64,000 bases of DNA from Anthoceros angustus. Lineage: Eukaryota > Plantae > Anthocerotophyta. The position numbers and the translations under genes were made by a program. Numbering within the stretch: the stretch's first letter is position 1; every line of letters starts with the position of its first letter. Shown here one piece after another: positions 58,892 through 64,000 of the stretch. The notes under the pieces were generated by a model. The model did no database searches, had not been told where the DNA came from, and was given only the letters and a program-made list of their open reading frames with translations. The stretch is from contig MU008169.1 in NCBI GenBank assembly GCA_010909165.1, positions 1,736,001 to 1,800,000 of the forward strand, given 5' to 3'.

Positions 58892-61380
58892 CTCCCCTTG
58901 GATGCAAACATGGGACTTGATGCTCATGAAGGTCCTGGTTGTGCGCTGGATGCTCTCCCTCAGGCAATGCTTGGGCAGCGCTCAATGGCTGGTCCCGAGA
59001 AAAGTGGCTCGTCAGATGAGCCCTATACTCGCTACATGCTTCTCGTGTAATGCCTTGGCCAGTCCCTTAGTCAATAAGTTCAGAGGTGTTCTCGCTAATA
59101 TTGACATACTCCAAGTGAACTTCCTTCATTGCAACTTCTTGCCCGATGAAATGGTGTTGGATCTCCACGTGCTCGGTTCTGGCATGCAGGACTGGGTTGT
59201 GCGTCATTGCAATGGCGGATTGGTTGTCACACCTCAGCGGAGTTAGCTCTAACTGGTCCTCCTTTATGTCGTGTAGAAATTGCCGGAGCCAAATTATTTC
59301 CTTTGCTGCTAATGAGGTGGCGGCATACTCTGCTTCAGTAGAGGAAAGACGTACGGTAGGCACCTTCTTGATGGCCCAAGAGACTACTGAATTGTTTAGC
59401 ATCATGACATATGCAGCAACGGATCTTCATCCATCTGGGTCGCCAGTCCAATCTGAGTCTAAGAAGGAGGTCACTAATAAATTGGAATTTGGACCCGGTT
59501 TGTACCTAAGGCCGAGGGTCTTGGTTCCGTTGAGATGGCGCAAGATCCTATTCACACAGGTCCAATGTGCATTGCGAGGATTAGATAGGTATCTGGATGC
59601 TACGTTGACGGCTTAAGAGATGTCTGGATGAGTCTAGATTCATAGATAAAGCAGGCTACCCACGGCCTCGCTGTAAGGTATTGCGGACATAGCCTCAACT
59701 TCCTTAGGAGTGGTGGGACTATCGTATGCTGATACCTTCTCAGCTGTAGACATAGGTGTGTTACATGGTCTTGCATCTATCAAGTTAAACCAATCTAGTA
59801 GTTGATCAATATAATGCTCTTGATGTATAAAGAAGTTTGTGGTCTGCATAATGTCTCTCAAACTGAACGTCGAGGACATAGCGAAGAGGTCCACTGTCAA
59901 CGACTTTATACTTGTTCGCAATGTTCGGAAGGATATCCTTCACGTACTGGAGAAGTTTGGGGCTACTCCCAAAAATGAAATTATCGCCCACATAGAGGGT
60001 GACTATGACAAAATCTCCATCACACCACAATGCATACACGCTGGGATCAGCATCAAGGGGAACAAAACCACATTCTCTCAAGGTAGAGTCTACATCCATA
60101 TTCCATACTTGTACTTATTTTTTTAGACCGTAGAGAGATTTGAGAAGCCTACAAACCTTTGTCTTGTCCACAATGAATCCAAGTGGTTGTTCCATATAAA
60201 TTTCTTCATGCAAAGTCCCATAGAGAAATGCTGTTTTTACATCTACTTGGGGTATGTCCAGATTTCGTTGTGCTCCATATGCAAGAAGGATTTTGAAAGA
60301 GGTTGCCTTCACAATGGGGCTATACAGCTTGTTTTCTTTGTAGTCAAATCTAGGAACTTGGCTAAACCCATGAGCCAGCAGTTTGGCTTTGTAGCGAGCC
60401 ACTGTGCCATCATGATTCAACTTACATCTGAAGGTCCATTACATGAGATTGGTTTTTTACCAAGAGGTAAATCTGTTAACTCCCAGGTTTTGTTCTAAAC
60501 TAATAAATCGTACTCAGATTGTGATATTGCGTTCCATTCAGGTGAACGTGAAGCTTCTTCAATGGACAGAGGAACACCTTGGAACTCAGCAACTGAGACG
60601 GCATGATGTGGAGGGAACTCAACTAGGTCAATACGTGGATGCGTGGGAATAGATACCTCCTGAGATGATGAGTGGAACATTCGTTGAGTAAAAGATTTAC
60701 GTGGAACATAGGGTGGCTGCTTCCATTCATGGCTTGGTCGTCTACTACGCGTTGAGCGTCGCAGAGTAAGCGGTGCCTCTATTGCAGGTTCCTCTAGATG
60801 TGCAGAATGCTTCTGATAAGTAAGCGATTCTGGATTTTGATTGTCGCCTTGACCTCAGAGTTGATCATTTGGAGGGGGTTCCGGAGGAGGTTTATACTGA
60901 ATGGAAGGTGTAGGAGGTATAGTGTTGTGGGAGGATGATCCGGGCCAGAGACAATAGTGGTGTCCCCCTCATAGGCAAAGGGAAAATCAAAACCATCAAA
61001 AGGAGTATCATCGAGGCCAACAGAAGAGGTATTGACAAAGTGCCTATGAATGCTAATAGGAGGAAAAGGACTGAGGCTAGAGGACATCTTAAGGTAAGTA
61101 TTAAGAAGATGAGCTTCATTAAAGTAGACACTGCGAGAGTAAAGGGCAGAGCGACTAGAAGGATCAAAAAGTTTGTATTCCTTAATATGATTTGAATAGC
61201 TAATGAAGAGAAGCTTATGGCTTTTGTCATCCCATTTTCGTCCTTCATTGTCAGAGATATGATGAAAGCAGTGCTGCCAAAAACACGTAGATGGGATATG
61301 CGTGACTTGTGTACGAACCAACGCTCATAAAGTTTCAACTTTTTCAGGTCTAAATACCTTTGGATTTGTCTCATAGAGGC
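58432..61380 (-). mobile_element. Degenerate, 5'-truncated Ty1/copia LTR retrotransposon
   Basis: Integrase C-terminus (HLRVFGS..KWDDKS), then RT (YKAKLLAHGFSQ, DVKTAFLYG, LKSLYGLK, LYVGD), then RNase H (SSTEAEY, CDNQSAI); many stops and frameshifts; no gag or 5' LTR seen. Confidence 0.92.
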
Positions 61381-61639
61381 AAATGCATTGGTGTACGCTT
61401 TATGCTATTTTGAGCTATAATCAGGATGGGCTGTTCTTGGTACAAAGTTGCAAATAACTATTATGATGTGTCTTTTCCTTTCCCCTTTCTAAAGAGGTGC
61501 CTTTGTATGCCATGCACGCCATTTATGAGGAGTGCGCCTGTGTGCCATTTTAAACTACTGTTGCTTTCAGAAATTTGGAGCCTAAGCAAAGCATGAAAGG
61601 CCAGCCAGACTTGCTCAAGCAAAGCTGATTTGAGTATGG

Positions 61640-62136
61640 TTGTAAAGTAGCTTGTAAACAAGGTTATAACATACGTTGTAAATAAGGTTGCTTTATAGGT
61701 TGTGAAGTAAGGGTGTATGTAGGTTGTAAATTAGGTTGTAAAATATGTTGTAAAACACATTGTAAATAGACCCACGTTTACAATAATTTTACAACGCAAT
61801 TTACAATCAAGTTGAGCTGTCAGACTACAATCTCTTATTAACAACCTACTTTACAAACTAGACTACAAGGCACTCACATTGTAAATAGCGTTGTCACTTA
61901 GGTTGTAAACGAGTCCAACGTTGTAAATGGTGTTGTAATCCAGCTACCCGAATACCTTACCTTCCTGGTTTGCTGAAGTGGTTGCCACGTCAGCAACTCG
62001 ATGACGCGACAATCTTCCATGCCATGTCAGTAATTTCACAACCTAGTTAAGCTGTCAATCTACAAACGTATAAATATATATTTTTATATTTTGAGGTTGT
62101 AAAATGCCTTGTATAAGATCTGCGATTCTTGTTGTG
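61640..62136. repeat. Cluster of gttgtaaa / tttacaac motifs in both orientations, possibly a CACTA-like element end
   Basis: Many short motifs in both orientations; ends in ttcttgttgtg (reverse complement CACAACAAGAA, 1 mismatch from CACTACAAGAA); no partner end found. Confidence 0.35.
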
Positions 62137-64000
62137 GACGCCGTTGGATTTATATTGGAGTCTGCTTATAGCTTCGGCCGTAACGCATTATCATGGATCA
62201 GGATAATTTCTAGGGAGGTGACATGACAACATCCGGCTCTATGACGAGCAATTGGAGGAAAGAAGGTAATATTTATGTCCTAAGTACGAGTTGGGAGTCC
62301 GGATTCTCCATCTTACGAGCATCATTTTATTGTGACACAAGATTTGGTGAAGAATTTGGGTGATGTGCAAGCTATTTGCAATTCTTGCTTAGAAGAAATG
62401 CATAAAACAAATGTGTAGAAGCTTGCCTTAACTCTATCAGAAAGGTTTTTGAACCAAAATGAAAGTTGTTCCTATACCTTCTGCATTTTATGATTTTCCT
62501 TTTCCAACTTTGCAACATCATCCTGCAACTTTGTAACTTCATCCTTCTATGTCAACCGAGGCGGGGTGAGGCGAGAAAAAGGGAGTGGTTGGACATACCA
62601 AGTTGTCGTTTGAGAAGAGGGCAATGGACTCGGTCGTCATTCTGTGCACAGTTTTGAAACCTTGGACCAAGCATTCCATGGAGCTTCTTAAGGAGTTTAC
62701 AGACATTGCGGCGAAGAAATTCACGGCCATCATTAATAGAGAAGTTGACTGCTCTTGTTTTTGCAATTGTTACAGGATTAAGAATGCCCGAGTTCGGAAT
62801 TATCTTAAAATTTTTGGATTGCAAACGCGGATTCGTGGGAGCAGTGACGCAAACTTGAGGCATCCATATATCTGTCTCAACCGTGCACTGAAATATCCTA
62901 GTGACATGGGCAGTTTGGAAATATGAGCGGGGAGGAGGTGAGTAGCCCTGACAACAGCAGCAACCTGTGGTAGAGGCATGGAGGGCGAAGAACGGGACAG
63001 CTGGCACAAACAACAATGGGAGGAATGAGGCCAAAGCCTTCAACAAGAAATGAACAAAGCAGAGTGGGCCCGGGGTATGACCCATAGGATGCGGAGAGTC
63101 GATGGGCAAGGCGAAATGGGCTTCAAAGCATGCCTAACTTTTAGGGGAATCAAAGCGAAGCAAGTTAGCTGACAGGCCGTGGATGTATTTTCATGGTTTT
63201 TGTCAGTAGTCGTTGTAATGTCGATGTTGTGTGTATAGAGTCCATGACAACAATGAGGAAGAGGGAAGGGGCAAGGAGGAGGCCATGACAATGGTGGAGC
63301 CTGTGCTCTACACTGAGATTAAGACCCTCATAAATGATGGAGAATAATGCTTGGCAGTTGTGTACAGTTCTAGCCAAAGGAGAAAAGAGGTCGGCGTCCG
63401 CAGGGCAAGCAAGCGGTTGAAAGGCATTAGGCGCTTGAAATCCATCCAAGTCGGAGGGCAGAGCATAGAAGGAGTACAAAGGAACTTAAGGACTCAAGGA
63501 TCATGGAGGTGGCTCACGAGTGAGAGAGAAGTGCTCAAAAGCTGCAGCACCATCCTTTCCGGCTTCCCACTGCAGTTAAAGGAGTGAAGACATCTTTGAC
63601 AAGCGTGGTACTAAGCATGTGATGTTGCCTGCGTAGCTGTGGGCATCCAAATTGTATTCGGTTATGGCTGTACTTACAGATTTTTTTTTATCTATTGGAG
63701 TTATTTCAAGACCACCATTGTGAGGAATGCAATTTCCTAACATTATTCAATGCACAAAAACGACCACCTGTTGAGAAAACTAATGTTTCGTATCAAGCAT
63801 GCTACATGGGAATTAGTATGTGAGATCGGAAATTTGTGCTCCATATTGCGAATCTGTTTTTCGAAACACTGAAGATTCTAATTCATTTTCATGCCTTGCA
63901 ATCTGCAAGCAGATTCCAGCGGACAAACACGTTACAGCCTCCTGTTTTTTTACAACACGGCTCAGAATCGCATCATAAATATACCAATGGAATCCTCCTG

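Noticed and set aside
62466-63587. ORFs at the right end, up to 185 aa
   Set aside because: No recognisable motif or consistent splice model; probably decayed TE sequence, left unannotated

Overview
Gene-dense land-plant nuclear DNA with short GT-AG introns and long intronless PLS-class PPR genes carrying a PGxSWW box. This profile fits a hornwort (inference). Left to right: PLS-PPR gene 1 (minus strand, runs off the left edge); its site-II/telo-box promoter and spliced leader; a minisatellite/TE-decay zone; an ePHD + AAA ATPase (BRP1/At3g15120-like); an ARF GTPase; a ~14.5 kb tandem array of a ~2.14 kb TE-like unit; an inverted orphan copy of the PPR promoter, leader and ATG pointing into the 3' end of PPR gene 2; PPR gene 2 (DYW:WW type, deaminase domain decayed, with an internal out-of-frame duplication that may be an assembly artefact); RBL12-like rhomboid; Fcf2; a non-autonomous hAT element containing a PIF/Harbinger element; an inverted pseudogene fragment plus the intact copy of a Pro-rich membrane protein gene; SPO11-1 (15 exons); a divergent PsbP-domain gene; a bulb-type lectin; and a decayed Ty1/copia element with its 3' LTR. 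The most notable signals concern turnover of RNA-editing factors: a fossil DYW domain, a register-preserving chimeric PPR motif and a possible antisense promoter. Splice models and homology calls were made by eye, with no database searches. Homopolymer indels in repeats suggest uncorrected long-read errors.
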